A stretch of 63,900 bases of DNA, filler included, from Hausera hauseri (Eukaryota), in the NCBI GenBank assembly GCA_046269625.1. It is 12 parts of 12 records of this genome, joined end to end, with 100 filler letters (N's around TTAATTAATTAA, not from the genome) between each part and the next. Parts side by side here need not be neighbours in the genome. Positions count along the whole stretch, not along the records: positions 36,583 to 40,655 come from JBJURY010222185.1; positions 40,756 to 45,007 come from JBJURY010675440.1; positions 45,108 to 49,164 come from JBJURY010789646.1; positions 49,265 to 57,575 come from JBJURY010689882.1; 8 more parts are not named here. One strand, written 5' to 3'. Both the position numbers and the translations under genes were made by a program. Numbering within the stretch: the first letter of the stretch is position 1; each line of letters begins with the position of its first letter. This document shows, piece by piece, positions 38,094 to 50,279 of this stretch. The notes under the pieces are model-generated. The model did no database searches, had not been told where the DNA came from, and saw only the letters and a list, made by a program, of their open reading frames with translations.

Positions 38094-38705
38094 TTACTCC
38101 CCGTCAGCCAGCGGTGTGTCGAGGTGGTCGTAGAGCACGTCCACGTTCTTGGCGTAGTAGACTGCGCTGGCGTTCTGCTGGTCACCCCGGGCATAGACCT
38201 TGACGCAGGCTACGTCGCCGCTCTTGTGCAGGGTGTGCAGGCGACCACCCACCTTCTGGATCAGGTCGGGCATACCCGACAGCGGCAGGCTGGCCTTGGC
38301 GATGGCATGGGTCAGCTCATTGACCGACCACGGGCGCGGCTCCTTCATCAGGGTATCCATCACCCCAACGAAATCGGTGATGTGGGGTTTGGGCGGGGCA
38401 GCCGGTGCAGCAGGGGCCGGTGCGGTGTTAGTCGTGTCCCTAACAATGTCGTCCACCCGGGTAGCGACCTCGACGCGCACAGCCCGCCAGCGGGAGGCGT
38501 AGTGCGCCGTGTGCGGCGAAGCAAAGTTGTCTGTGGCCCAGACACGGATCATGTCGCCGACGATAAGGTTAAGGCGCTCTACCTCACGTGCAGGGATAAA
38601 GACTTGCTCATTGTCTGGGGTGATGGCGAAGCCCAAGCCCGCACGGGCGGTGTAGTTGTAGGTGGCTTCGATCTGTCTCAGATCGGCAGGAGTGAAGTAG
38701 TTCAT
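38094..38705 (-). CDS. Phage hypothetical protein (possible OB-fold/cold-shock-like N-terminus + winged helix)
   Basis: GLGFAITPDNEQVFIP resembles a cold-shock RNP motif; Pro/Ala linker; fits the operon packing. Confidence 0.7.
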   Translation of the reverse strand: MNYFTPADLRQIEATYNYTARAGLGFAITPDNEQVFIPAREVERLNLIVGDMIRVWATDNFASPHTAHYASRWRAVRVEVATRVDDIVRDTTNTAPAPAAPAAPPKPHITDFVGVMDTLMKEPRPWSVNELTHAIAKASLPLSGMPDLIQKVGGRLHTLHKSGDVACVKVYARGDQQNASAVYYAKNVDVLYDHLDTPLADGE

Positions 38706-38707
38706 GG

Positions 38708-39241
38708 TTATTTCTTGTCCTCTTCCATTTGAATTTCACGGCACTCTCCGGCGATGGCGGAGTAGGCAGCCGCGTCAGTGTAGTTGTCTGGGTGGTAGCC
38801 GTATTGGAAAGAGCGGGTCATCTTTACCAAGGTCATCAGCCACGCAACGTCCTCGGCCTTGAGGTTTACCCGGTAGCTCCCGTCGGCGGTCACCTCGATG
38901 CAGCCCCACTTAGTGTTGATGTAGGCGTTCCACAGCGCTGCACAGTCCGACAGGTTGTCAAAGGGCGGGCCATAGGACTTGTTGCGGTCTCCCCCTGTCA
39001 GCTTGATCGCGGTCTCTAGGGTCTGCACCCGTGTGGGCTTCACCTCACGCTGCCGCTCTTCCCGCTCAAACACCTCACGCGGGGTGCCGATGCGGTCGAT
39101 GCAGCGCTGGGCCATCTCGATAGGGACATCACAGTTGAGCCCGACCTCGATGGCATCCGCCGTGCGGTTGTTCAGAAGGTAGGCCCAGATACGCCGCTCT
39201 TCTTCGGAAATCTCTGTCATTCGCATCTCCATTTCATACAC
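38708..39241 (-). CDS. DUF6378-like phage protein with N-terminal HTH-like segment
   Basis: LETAIKLTGGDRNKSYGPPFDNL..AALWNAY...EDVAWLMTLVKMTR...HPDNYTDAAAYSAI. Confidence 0.8.
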   Translation of the reverse strand: MYEMEMRMTEISEEERRIWAYLLNNRTADAIEVGLNCDVPIEMAQRCIDRIGTPREVFEREERQREVKPTRVQTLETAIKLTGGDRNKSYGPPFDNLSDCAALWNAYINTKWGCIEVTADGSYRVNLKAEDVAWLMTLVKMTRSFQYGYHPDNYTDAAAYSAIAGECREIQMEEDKK

Positions 39242-39250
39242 GCATTAGCG

Positions 39251-39658
39251 TTATTTATCGCCGTTTGACGTGGTTTTCAAGTATTTATCACGCTGCATTT
39301 TCTCGAGCGCCCGCTCGATTGCAGCAGGGCTTGCCGACCAGACAGCGCCGGTCTTCTTCTTTTTCGGCGGCGTGTCGGGGATGTTGTCCTCATACACGAT
39401 GCTAGGTCTCCGCCTAGCAGATGGCATCTGTTTAGCTCTGTCGGTCATTTCAGCAATCCCCCCCTTTGCCAGCGCCTGCGCATAACGATCCCGAAAGGAC
39501 GGCGGACTGTCCTGCACTATAGCCGCAATCCCCGTGCGAATTGCGATGTCGGCTTGGTTGTGAAAACTGCCGTTCCGGGCTTCGGTAAATGCGAGCAACA
39601 TGTCGAAGGTTTCTGTCAAGAGCCACACCTTGATTTCTTTTGTTGAGATGTCGGTCAT
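39251..39658 (-). CDS. Phage hypothetical protein (135 aa)
   Basis: Start MTDISTKEIK at 39658 with GGAGGG RBS, ATGA-coupled to the upstream gene. Confidence 0.65.
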   Translation of the reverse strand: MTDISTKEIKVWLLTETFDMLLAFTEARNGSFHNQADIAIRTGIAAIVQDSPPSFRDRYAQALAKGGIAEMTDRAKQMPSARRRPSIVYEDNIPDTPPKKKKTGAVWSASPAAIERALEKMQRDKYLKTTSNGDK

Positions 39659-39786
39659 TCCACCCTCCACAAATCCGTCGCCGGGTCGCTGTAGAGCGTG
39701 ACGCAGGTGCGGCTGGCATTCGTGACCCTGCCGCTGATCTGGTCCGCCACGGCTACGCACCAACCTTTCAAGGGCATTGACCTCAT
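39655..39786 (-). CDS. Small phage protein (43 aa), absent from the ORF track
   Basis: MRSMPLKGWCVAVADQISGRVTNASRTCVTLYSDPATDLWRVE*; ATGA overlaps at both ends exactly fill the gap. Confidence 0.6.
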   Translation of the reverse strand: MRSMPLKGWCVAVADQISGRVTNASRTCVTLYSDPATDLWRVE

Positions 39787-40286
39787 TCCCCGCCCTCCGC
39801 GATGCGCCGCAGGGCGGCTTCCAGTTCATACATTCCACGGATCACACCGTCAGACTGATACCAATAGCTGTCGCGGACAGTCCGCGCCGCCTCCACCAGC
39901 GCCTTTATCTCCGGCAGTTCCAGCGCCTCGGCCAGCGTGGGGGCGGGCTTGATCCTTTCGATCATCCAAGAGACGAAATCCGCCTCGCCGCGTATGAAGG
40001 CGGCGGCCTGTTCGTGCGTCCCGCCATGCCGCAGGGTGTTGACGCGAATGGTCGCGGCAATCGTGTTGAGGTGCAGCACCTCGGCCTCGGCCTTGTCGAG
40101 CATGTCGCGGACGGCCTTGGTGTCCAGCGCCAACGTCAACGTGTGCGTGGGGGCGGGCTTCACGGCGGGGATGTCTACAATGCGATCTGCAATGACATTC
40201 CCTCCAAATTTCGCCATTTCGAGGCTGTCGGCTTCATGCACAGCGTCCAGCGCATCCCCGCGCCGGATCAGATCGTTGTCACTCAT
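39783..40286 (-). CDS. Phage hypothetical protein (167 aa)
   Basis: Start MSDNDLIRRGDALDAV with AAGGAG RBS, a common phage early-gene N-terminus. Confidence 0.7.
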   Translation of the reverse strand: MSDNDLIRRGDALDAVHEADSLEMAKFGGNVIADRIVDIPAVKPAPTHTLTLALDTKAVRDMLDKAEAEVLHLNTIAATIRVNTLRHGGTHEQAAAFIRGEADFVSWMIERIKPAPTLAEALELPEIKALVEAARTVRDSYWYQSDGVIRGMYELEAALRRIAEGGE

Positions 40287-40614
40287 GGCTCTCTCCTTTG
40301 ATCTCTGCGAGGGCGGCGCGAGAAATCTCCGCAGCCCTGTGTCCATTCGGCGTGTCTCCAAATTCGCGGACGATTTGCAGGTGCCCATCCCGTAGCCGCG
40401 CCACCTCGGCCTTCTGCACGTCCAGATCGGCCATGAACGCCCGCATGGCCTCCTGCGTCTCAAGATGCATTTCGCGTTCGGCGGTGAGGTCGGCCTCGGC
40501 CTCCACCTTCTCGCGGGCCAGCCGCTCGATCAGGTTGGCGGCGGCGCACATCGCTGTATAAGCGGCGGGATCACGGCAAAAGGTGCCGCGCAAAGTTGCC
40601 ACCATATCCGCCAC
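40279..40614 (-). CDS. Phage coiled-coil hypothetical protein (5' end may lie beyond the contig)
   Basis: AANLIERLAREK... coiled-coil; overlaps the downstream start. Confidence 0.6.
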   Translation of the reverse strand: MADMVATLRGTFCRDPAAYTAMCAAANLIERLAREKVEAEADLTAEREMHLETQEAMRAFMADLDVQKAEVARLRDGHLQIVREFGDTPNGHRAAEISRAALAEIKGESHE

Positions 40615-40755
40615 CTCCGCATCTAGCGCGGGCTGCGGCGACAGGGGAAGGGCGCNNNNNNNNNNNNNNNNNNNNNNNNNNNNNNNNNNNNNNNNNNNNT
40701 TAATTAATTAANNNNNNNNNNNNNNNNNNNNNNNNNNNNNNNNNNNNNNNNNNNN

Positions 40756-41655
40756 GTAATTTGATTGAGCTTATGTGATGGCCGTGATTTTTTGTCGTCG
40801 TGCAACATTCTCTGCGTGCAATGATTGAAGCTGATTATCAATGTTTGATATTGTGTTTTGATTGTGTATTGTTGGTGTTTTCAGTGATGCTGCAATTGTG
40901 GGTTGAGTTTGACTGTGTAGTATATCAAAGCTTTTGTCAGCCAACTGTGCCAATTTTTCCAGTGACGCACTGTCCTCAACGACAGTTAGAAGAGCTCGAA
41001 TTTCCTTGGGCAAGGATTGCAGAAAGTAGCGTCTCAAGACGAGCAAGCTATTGACTTTAAGAAACAGATCAGTGAGTTTGTGTGAATTGAACCAGCGGGC
41101 GTGAAAATCTAACCAGGTACGAGGTGAGCTTTGATTGTCAAGGAAAAAATCTACGTATTTGAAAGTAGTGTTGGTGGTGGATTTGGTGAGATGGACGATT
41201 CGAATTGTATGTGTCTTTTTCGTTTCGGAAGTGTCGGAATTAATATCAGAGCCACCAAAAAGTCTGGGTGTGATGCGAATAATGGAGGAAACAGATCGGA
41301 AAGGCATGGAAAGAGGTGAATCGTCTGTTGGATGAAGAAGAAAACCGTTGAGATGGAGGTAGAAGTTTTTAAAAGATAGTTGTTTTGTGATGAATGAATG
41401 GAGGTATTGTGATGTTGTGTATGCGTATGTGTAATATGCATATAGATGTTTATTTTGGTAGAAAAAGGAAACGAAAGTGTGCACATTGGTGTCAGAGGCA
41501 TGATTTGGTGGCCCCGAGCTCCACGTATCCTGACCTACGACCCTGGAACTAGGAACCGGGAATGGAACCGCACCACGGTGGCACTGACATATTAGAGGTC
41601 GAAAAGCCTCACTAAAATAGTGCTGTATGAATTGCAGACTCTTGAATAATTTCAA
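40756..41655 (-). pseudogene. gag: Family A copy 4: leader-UBL-gag with internal deletion
   Basis: UBL at 41251-41481 ending IIRITPRLFGG, then YVDFFLDNQSSPRTWLDFH...LRRYFLQSLPKEIRALL...LEKLAQLADKS. Confidence 0.85.
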
Positions 41656-42689
41656 TCGGAACTGTTTCCTTTTTTATTGGGCTTTTAAAATATATCAACA
41701 GGAGCTCGAGCTCATGAGAATTGGGTAACTCTTCAATAGGTTCTAATTCGACAACATATGTAAGAAAATACTCAGCATCTCTTATTAATTCGATCACAAA
41801 ATTTGCAAAATTTCCAGAAGAATGCTTTGAAGACAACGTTGTACTACTTAAAACGTTCGACACAGAGTTTCGGCAAAAATATTTTTGCAAAGTGATCAGT
41901 CTGAAAAGCATCTGATGAGGCATGATAAAAATTGATCCAACATCCGAAAATATTTCCATTTGTCCTTCTAATTAGTTCAATGAGAAGTTCTTCCGTCGCC
42001 ACAATATCGTCGTTAATGATGAAGTTATCATCCGAGTGAAAAACCGTTTCGAAACACTATTCTAGATTTGAATTCAATTTCGTTATATCTGCATCACTTA
42101 AAGCGAGAGGTTTCCTTCGCGTATTGCTGATGGATGCCAAACCAAAGGATAAGTTTGCAATTTTGAAAGATTTCGAATTTTTTAAGAAATGATTAGCCAG
42201 ACTTAAGAGTTTTTTGAATATTTTAAACCACCAAAATCGAACACCGAAGCAGTCTTTTGTTGGAGTTCCCGAAAAATGTTGTCAAGTGATATTGGAAATT
42301 TGTTTTGAAACGATATTAACATGCAAAGTATGCTTTGTAACGATTTACTAAATATAGTTTCAGACAATTCAATTAAAGTTGAATATCTAGAATATTTGAA
42401 AAGCAATGGAAAATGTCTGCATGACAAACTGTGGACAGCCATGAAGAATTCTGTATTTTCTATACATAAATAACTAGCATCAATAAATAAATTGATCGTT
42501 TTCAACATGTATATATTGTTGTATAAAATAACTAAAGTTATCCGAATTCTTCAAAGAAATCAAATTCCCGATAAGCGAGAACAAACCCCAACACACGGCA
42601 AAAGACGGGCAAGGCTACCGTGCCCGATTGTTCCCGGTCAAAAAGCTAGTCCGCCGCAACACCCGGGGCACCACAATAAAAATATACAA

Positions 42690-43400
42690 AACTGATCCAA
42701 TTTTGAACTATCTTAGAAAAAAATTCAACTTTTTATACGTATCAGATATGGAAATATCGGTAGATGAGTCTCTTGCTATGGAAAGTATGATTATCATGGA
42801 AACAGTACATTCCATCAAAAAGAAGCCGATTTGGTGTTAAATTGTAGGTAAATCAGGATATAAGTAATTTCCTTATATACAGGTTAAAATACGCAGTATG
42901 GTTGAAAATATCTAGAAGAAAAAGGAATAAGTCGTATTACTTTTGAATTGTGCCACGATTTATTGGATATAGGATATAGGTTATTTATCGATAATTGGTA
43001 TACTAACATTGATCTTGCTGAGAAATTGTGCAAGAAAAAAACCGATGTTGTAGGAACAAAGCGGAAGAATAAAAGAGGAATACTATTTGATATTACATCT
43101 AGTCTTTTGAAAAATGGTGAGTATATTACTAGGTACATAGACAAAATAATGATTGTAAAATGGAGAAGCAAAATGTATGTAATTATATTGAGTACTATCC
43201 ACCATCTAGGCTTATTGAAAGGCATTTTGCAGATTACATACCATCCGACATTTTTAGAATAAACGTAATCAAGACATACGAAATATGTTACTCAAAAGGT
43301 TTTAGGAAAGAAGCGAGATTTTGGTGTACAGACTGTAGTGTTGCTTGGTGTATGCCGCGTTGTCTCAAAATCCATAATACTTTTAGGGTTTCTTACTTGA
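42690..43400 (+). mobile_element. Degenerate piggyBac (PGBD4-like) transposase
   Basis: ISVDESL, LFIDNWYT, VVGTKRKNKRG, C-terminal Cys-rich FWCTDCSVAWCMPRC. Confidence 0.8.
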
Positions 43401-43779
43401 TTCAGAACCCGAATTGCAAAGAATAACCAAAATCATAAAAATCAAACACAACAAGAAATAACAATTCAATCCGAATTCCGAGAATTCGAACCGAATCAAA
43501 AACGAAACGTACTGACATTTATTCGTGATTCAAAAATAACAATAACATATATAGATGAGAATTCAAGGGAGATCACAAAATGTTGAAGCAAATAGCACCA
43601 GCAATATCAGTAAAAGAAACTTGCTAAAATGGTATGTGTGGTTGTGATTTTATGCTGTTTTGTAATTTAAAATTTTTACGGTTTGTACACAATAAGTACT
43701 GCTTGAAGGAGTAAACTGACAGTCTTTTGCTTGAATTCCATTCAAAAATTAGCAAGAAAGTGTCGTGCTTACAATGTAG

Positions 43780-45007
43780 TAGAAAGCCAATCAGGTTTGA
43801 GTTTAAAGTATGGTGCCTAGACACATAATTGGGATACCTGGTACAGTGTGAACCATACCACGGAACCAATGAAAACTATGATAAGGAGTTTGGCTAGGGT
43901 GGTTCAGTGGTAACAAGTTTGATGTCTGTTATGAGAGAGAGGATAAATTACCATCTCTATACCGACAATTTCTTTACCTCACCTAAGCTGATTCAATGCT
44001 TGGCTGAGAAAGGGGTGTTCATGACTGGTACTGCAAGAGCCAATCGTGCTGATGCCTGCCCATTGCTGCATGTTGATAGTATGAAAAAGACTACACGAGG
44101 TACCTATGATTATCGTCAGGACAGAAGAACGGGATTTGTTTGCGGTGAAGAGGAATGACAATAGTGTTTTTATTTTCATGTCCAATGGATTTGGAATTCA
44201 ACCAATTTAACTCTCGCAATGATGACACTTACTTTACACGAAATTCCAACGTGGGTCCTTCCAGACCTGTGCAACAAATTCAAACGGAAGACACTCATGT
44301 TTGCAAATTTGTTTATTTCATTAAATGCGACACTTAATTACTAGAAAACACGTAACATCAATGTAATGCATAATAGTAATTGTTAATGTTCATTATAATG
44401 CTTAATAATAATAATTGCAATCATAATTAAATGCTAAATCATCATTAGCGTAATCTCAAGGCTTACGGAAAAACTTCCAACTAACAGTCCTTGTAAGTAA
44501 TTTTTGTCTGAAAATAGTCTGGGCACACGTGACGGCCGCATGTGCAGCACACACTTCTCACTTGCCTACCAATCGCTGATGAACAAAAGGAACATATCCG
44601 TTTTAGTACTCCGCTTGGATCGTCTAAGTTTTCTGAATCTGTCGATCCGGTAAATCAACATTTTTCTTCAGCATCACGAATTGGCTTCTGAAGAGTAAGT
44701 GTTGTTGTGGTTAACATGACACACACTGGTCAGTATCTCAAAAGAAGCGGGTATTAATTGATCAGCCTCACGTTGTGCCAAAGTAAAACTATAGAATGAA
44801 AGGTACTGATAGGATGGACCAGAGCACGCCAAATACAGGATAAAAGTGGTAGTGGGCACTTTTCTATTTTGCCGTTAATGCTGCCGTGCAAAACTCTTGG
44901 CATCTGTACAGAACAATGGAGGGAAATAGGACGCCTCTAGATTTTCGTCAAGAAGTGGCCATGACTTACATAATGAATACAGATGTCGTACGACGCTTGA
45001 TCATCCC
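43780..45007 (+). mobile_element. Degenerate piggyBac (PGBD3-like) transposase interrupted by an inverted piggyBac fragment (44211-44710)
   Basis: HLYTDNFFTSPKL, GTARANR, then after the insert IDQPHVV...GTDRMDQ...NAAVQNSWHLY; TTAA on both sides of the insert. Confidence 0.75.
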
Positions 45008-45107
45008 NNNNNNNNNNNNNNNNNNNNNNNNNNNNNNNNNNNNNNNNNNNNTTAATTAATTAANNNNNNNNNNNNNNNNNNNNNNNNNNNNNNNNNNNNN
45101 NNNNNNN

Positions 45108-46300
45108 ACTCGTCTTATGATCCACTGTTCAAGACTCGACCACTCCTTGTAAAATCACGTCATCAGTTTCTCCATGTAGCTCCAGAACAGAGACAGTCCA
45201 TTGATGAACAGATGATTACCTTTAAGGGTAAAAATAGACTTATACAATATTTACCCAACAAGCCTAAGAGATGGGGTTTTAAAGTGTTGACCAGGTGTTG
45301 TGCACATACTGGCTTTACACACGACTTTGTTGTACATGAAGACAAAGCTCCACAATTGGCAGAAGAAGAAAGTGTTGGCTATCAGCCTACCGACTTCGTC
45401 ACTCTCTTATGCAAGACACTTCAATAACAGAAGAACCAAATCATATATTTTGACAACTGGTTCAACGTTGCAGAACTTCAGTTGAAACTGAAACATTTCA
45501 GCTTCCATTCAGTTGGGACAAAGAACAAACAAACTTCGAGGCTGCAATCTGAAATCTGAAGCAGAATTACGCAAGAAGGGATGTTAGTCCTATGATGTAA
45601 AAGTGGATACAAACAGTGAAATGTGTATCATTCGATGACTTGATAACCATGCAGTTCAAATCTCATCGTCAACGTTGGGATTGAAGCCGTAAAGATGGTG
45701 AAACGATGGGATAGTAAGGCAAAGAAGTTTATTGAAATGCAATGTCCAGCTGCTGCGGCCGAGTACAACACAAACATGGATGGCGTAGACCTGTTCGACA
45801 TGTTGGCTGCCATGTATCGTGTAGATCACAAGAGTTTCAAGTAGTACCGGAGCATTTTCTACTGGGTCCTGAACGTTGCCTGTGTTAACAGCTGGATTCT
45901 TTACCGTCGGCACTTTAGTCAATTTGGTGTTCCAGGAAAAGGTGTATTGGATCTCCTTGAATTTGTGACGAACGTATTACAAGTCTTGATCATTGTCAAC
46001 AAGCCAGGACCCACATTGGAGCACAAGCGTGGACGTTCGTCTCTTACAACAGCAGTAGATAATGAGGAACCAGACATGGAAAAGCCACGACAGAAAACAA
46101 CTGTGATAGCTGCACCTTTGACAGAGGTTCGGCTTGACAATATAGTACATCTGCCGCAGCATAAANNNNNNNNNNCTGACAATAAGGTGCCGTCGACTGT
46201 GTAAAGCATCAATAATTCCTACTTCGAGCGTAAAATGTGGAATTTTCTTGTGCCTGACTGCAGATAAACAGTGCTGCATTGACTGTCATACAAAGTCATA
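45108..46300 (+). mobile_element. Degenerate piggyBac (PGBD2/3-like) transposase
   Basis: QSIDEQMITFKG, PNKPKRWGFKV, YFDNWF, YNTNMDGVDLFD, C-terminal Cys-rich domain. Confidence 0.85.
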
Positions 46301-47445
46301 AGCTTTAAGAACCGAAAAATTATCAGAATTGTTTTGAAGAACTCTCACTGTCTCATTTTATGTTCATTTGATCATTATTTTGCACATTTAACTAATGAAA
46401 TTTAGTGTAAACATGAGATTACTGATTTGTCCCATACCAACGGCATTTACACTACATATTTAAAATAACTGATGTTAGTGAATTGTTTTGCGTATCAGTC
46501 TTTTCATATAATGTGCTAATGTAATATTGTATATACCGTATTACTGTCGGTATTGTTCATCGTACCCCTGTCAGTGTTGTCAATAATTTATATTTTATGC
46601 ACAACTGTCTTTTGAAAAACTGTTGAGTTGTTGTGTACGTAAGTATAGTGCATTTACTATGTATAGTTTGTTTGTTCGTCAGGTAGTTGTATCTTCAATT
46701 TTTACTCCATACGTGACCATTGTTGCCATATGGCAACATTGAATAATTTGCATGATAATGATAATACACAGTTTTTCCGGAAAATTCCCGGAGTGGTGCA
46801 TTATAAAAGATCTGCAGAAGGTACCAATCTTTATATATTTTAGTTTTCAACATAATCACCTCCCCTTTGTATACATAGCTCACATCGTTCATAAAACTTT
46901 TACAACACTGGCGAATTCTTCTTTGGGAACACTTTTCAGCTGTATGCAAAACAAAATCATTAACCATTCATGAACTGTTAATACTACATAACTAAAAATT
47001 TTACTGTATGTCAACAACAGTTCATAGTTCATAACAAGTGTATGACTAATTATATTATCATACAAGCATTACTGATACACAATCATTCCGGTCACTTTTC
47101 GGACAAACTATGTATATCATAGCCGATAGCTCACACACATAAGGTTAAGTAGAAAATTTTTTTCTCATCACAAACAGTTTGGACAAGAAAGGTATATAAA
47201 ATTTTTAAATTTTATTTTTTATGTCAAGTAAGGAACAAAGCTAAGATTATGCAATATGAGCTTCTACATGCTACGTCATTTTGAACGTCTTCAATTTCTC
47301 CCTAACATGAAGAATTTTGTGAATTGCCAAAAATTTTTGCTCTATTTCGACCATTACTATTTGACTAATTGTATTTTTGTGATGTTTCGTCGATCTAATA
47401 AATATCCGTCTAATATTTGGCTCAAAACATCATCGTTCATGTGTA

Positions 47446-48659
47446 CTAGGTTGAGTTAAAAGTTATTCATGTTTTTTACTTAATTAAAGTTATTGTTTTA
47501 CCAGACCATTTAAGCATAACATTTGTATGTAACATTTGGTATCATTTTAAAGCCCATAAAACGGTAAATCTAAATACACTTTAAAATTTAAATTTTTAAA
47601 ACGCCATTTAGTTAATTTTGCATTTTAAAATGATTGAAGAAAAAACAGTATTTCATGTCTTATTATGACATTATTGGAAAAAGGCCTAACATTAGTAGTT
47701 GTGACTCGAGAAATCTGCAACGTGGAAGGCAGGGATGTGCTCAAGAAAAATACAACTCAGTGGTGGTTTTGTTGCTTTAATCAAGGCGATACCAGTCTTG
47801 AAGATCAGGAACGTTCAGGTTGACCATCAGTGGTGAACAAAGAGGGGTTTCGTGTCCTATTGGAGCATCAGCCCTGTACTAGCACCCGTAAGCTCTCAGA
47901 TGAGCTCGGCCATTCTCAAATCACCATTCAAGCCCAGCGTCGAGTTGACCTTTGAGGCGAACTACTCAGTAACCACAGACAACCGATTTTGGAACCGAAT
48001 TATTACAGGAGATGAAAAGCGTGTTTTCTTCCGTAATTCTGGTGGATGTAAGCAGTGGCCTTAGGCTGGCCAGCCACCTCAGCAAGTTGTTTCTCCTAGT
48101 CGCTTCGAAAAGAAGGTGATATTGGTTGTTTGGTGGAATTATGAAGGACCCGTGCACTGGGAACTTGTTCCAGATGGTCGATCTGTCGATGTTTACCTTT
48201 ATGCTGAACAACTGCAGCGAGTTCATGATGCTTTGAGCACTCGTTACCCTTAACTGTTGAATTGAGGCAGAGCAATCCTACAGTACGACAATGCCGTAGT
48301 TTATACATCACGAAGGGTTAAGCAGAAAATTCAGGAACTGCAAGGCATCGAAGTCATCTCCCACCCAGCCTGTAGCACGGACCTTGCCCCTTCAGATTAC
48401 CATCTGTTTCAATTTCTTACATTTTTTACAAGGGAAACGCTTAGGTTCAGAAGATGGGGTCTAAACCGGAATCGCCGAACTTTTTGCCTCCAAGATTCTT
48501 GAATTGTATCGCCATGGTATTGAGCAATTGGCAGAAAGATGGTTTCAAGTCATTGAAAATGATGGACTGTATTTCGAAAATTAATATGACCAGTATTATA
48601 ACAATTTATGTAAATAAAATACTTGCATAAATACATGAATAACTTTTGACTCAACCTGC
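47446..48659 (+). mobile_element. Near full-length mariner (DD34D) element with dead transposase
   Basis: TIRs AGGTTGAGT(T/C)AAAAGTTATTCATGT at both ends, TA flanks (47444-45, 48660-61), ~1.2 kb; NRIITGDEKRV and HPACSTDLAPSDYHLF. Confidence 0.92.
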
Positions 48660-49264
48660 TAAATCTAATATTTATATAGAAGGAAGAAATAATAATGATG
48701 TAACTGATAATTAGACGAATACATTGTACTTTGACATAACATGAATGACAAACTGGAAATTTGACCTTTGTAAAATATTGGTTGTAAAAATGAAAAATTT
48801 ATGAAATTTCAAAATTCCTCCTCAAGTAAGGGGACATTGAAGAAGGGCCAAATGGCACAGCCCATGAAGAAGCCCATTTTGCATACTGAACATGAAATTT
48901 TGTACTTGTTGAACCTGTAGAACTTGTAAAACTCTGATTAGCAGTAATGTGTTCTTGTATTTAGACACCATTATGTTCAAGTCGCTGTTTGTTTATGATA
49001 TATTCTTTTCCAAGTCTATTGTAACCTAGCAAACTAATGATTCCGGAATAAAACATTTTCTAATCAACAATCAAATATCGAATTTAACAAAGATATACTT
49101 TTTCAAAAATTACTTATCTTTAATTGATTAAAATTTTATTTTGTCATCATTGTAGTTTTATTCANNNNNNNNNNNNNNNNNNNNNNNNNNNNNNNNNNNN
49201 NNNNNNNNTTAATTAATTAANNNNNNNNNNNNNNNNNNNNNNNNNNNNNNNNNNNNNNNNNNNN

Positions 49265-50040
49265 TAACTTTTGCTCAGCTCGTCACGCGCTATCGATATC
49301 ACTCGGTCCGAAGTCCATTGCTCGACCTCCTTTTCGGCCGGAGGGAGGTCATCTAAAAAATTTTAGTGAAATGTTCGAAATAGCCAATCAGGTGGGGAAA
49401 AGTGGTTAACGGACCAATCAGAGAAGTGCGGTGGAGTGGACACTTCTACCTACTATCATATTGACATAGACTTTTAACATATGATTTTTAACATAGTTTT
49501 TACAGTTCGTTTGTTCGTTCGGTTGCATTTTTCACCTGGATCCTTTCGTCTGATCGTGAGGCGGCTATATTATGAAATGCTCAACTTTTGATGGGCTACA
49601 TGCTCAACCCATTTCCACTGCCGTTTGATTTGTTTAAGGGGAAATTTTTCCCCTTCGAAATTTTCCCATTGACTTTTCCCCATGTTCCCATGGTCTGATT
49701 GAGTTGCAGCAGTGTTCATTGAATTCGCCGACATCGATTTACCTTTTGCAAACATTTTCTCAGTGCTAGCAACATGTTTCTCGTTACGCGTGACGCATTT
49801 CCTGTTTTGCTTGTTCCTCTTCTAGCGTCTCTCCCTTACATTTCTGTAAGCCGCACCGCTATTAACTTTTGCTCAGCTCGTTGAGCTCTACCGATTTGAG
49901 TCGGTCTAATGTCCAAAGCTTTCCCCCGGGGAGGGGGTTGAGAAAATTCGCGAAATGTGTGCATTGACCAATGAGATGCGGAGAATTGGTCGATTGACCA
50001 ATCAGAGAAGTGGGGTAGGGCTGACAGTTCTACCTACTTA
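49265..50040. repeat. Two diverged ~180-190-bp direct repeats with paired CCAAT motifs
   Basis: TAACTTTTGCTCAGCTCGT...ACCAATCAGAGAAGTG...TTCTACCTACT at ~49265-49454 and ~49863-50038. Confidence 0.7.
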
Positions 50041-50279
50041 CATGGCATGGTGCGCCATCTTATTGTAGGTACCATGGATTACTATTAGCAAAATAAATCT
50101 TCAGCTTGCGGAACTATTCTATACCTAATAACGTTACAATAAATTCCCTAATTCATGGACCCTTCACATTCATGAAGTCGTCCCGAATCCTGTCATGAAA
50201 TGCAACCCAAAATATAACTTTAATGGGTGTTTAACTGTTTGAACTATGTAACAGTGGTTAGTTTTTCACCCAGGAACCG

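Larger units (their letters stand above)
36583..40655 (-). mobile_element. Tailed bacteriophage genome fragment (DNA replication/early region)
   Basis: GC-rich, gene-dense, single coding strand, GGAG RBSs and ATGA/TGATG-coupled genes; phage-type PolA and exonuclease. Confidence 0.9.

Noticed and set aside
36593-40561. Long plus-strand ORFs over the phage genes
   Set aside because: Antisense shadows typical of high-GC coding DNA; the minus strand has the motifs and RBSs.
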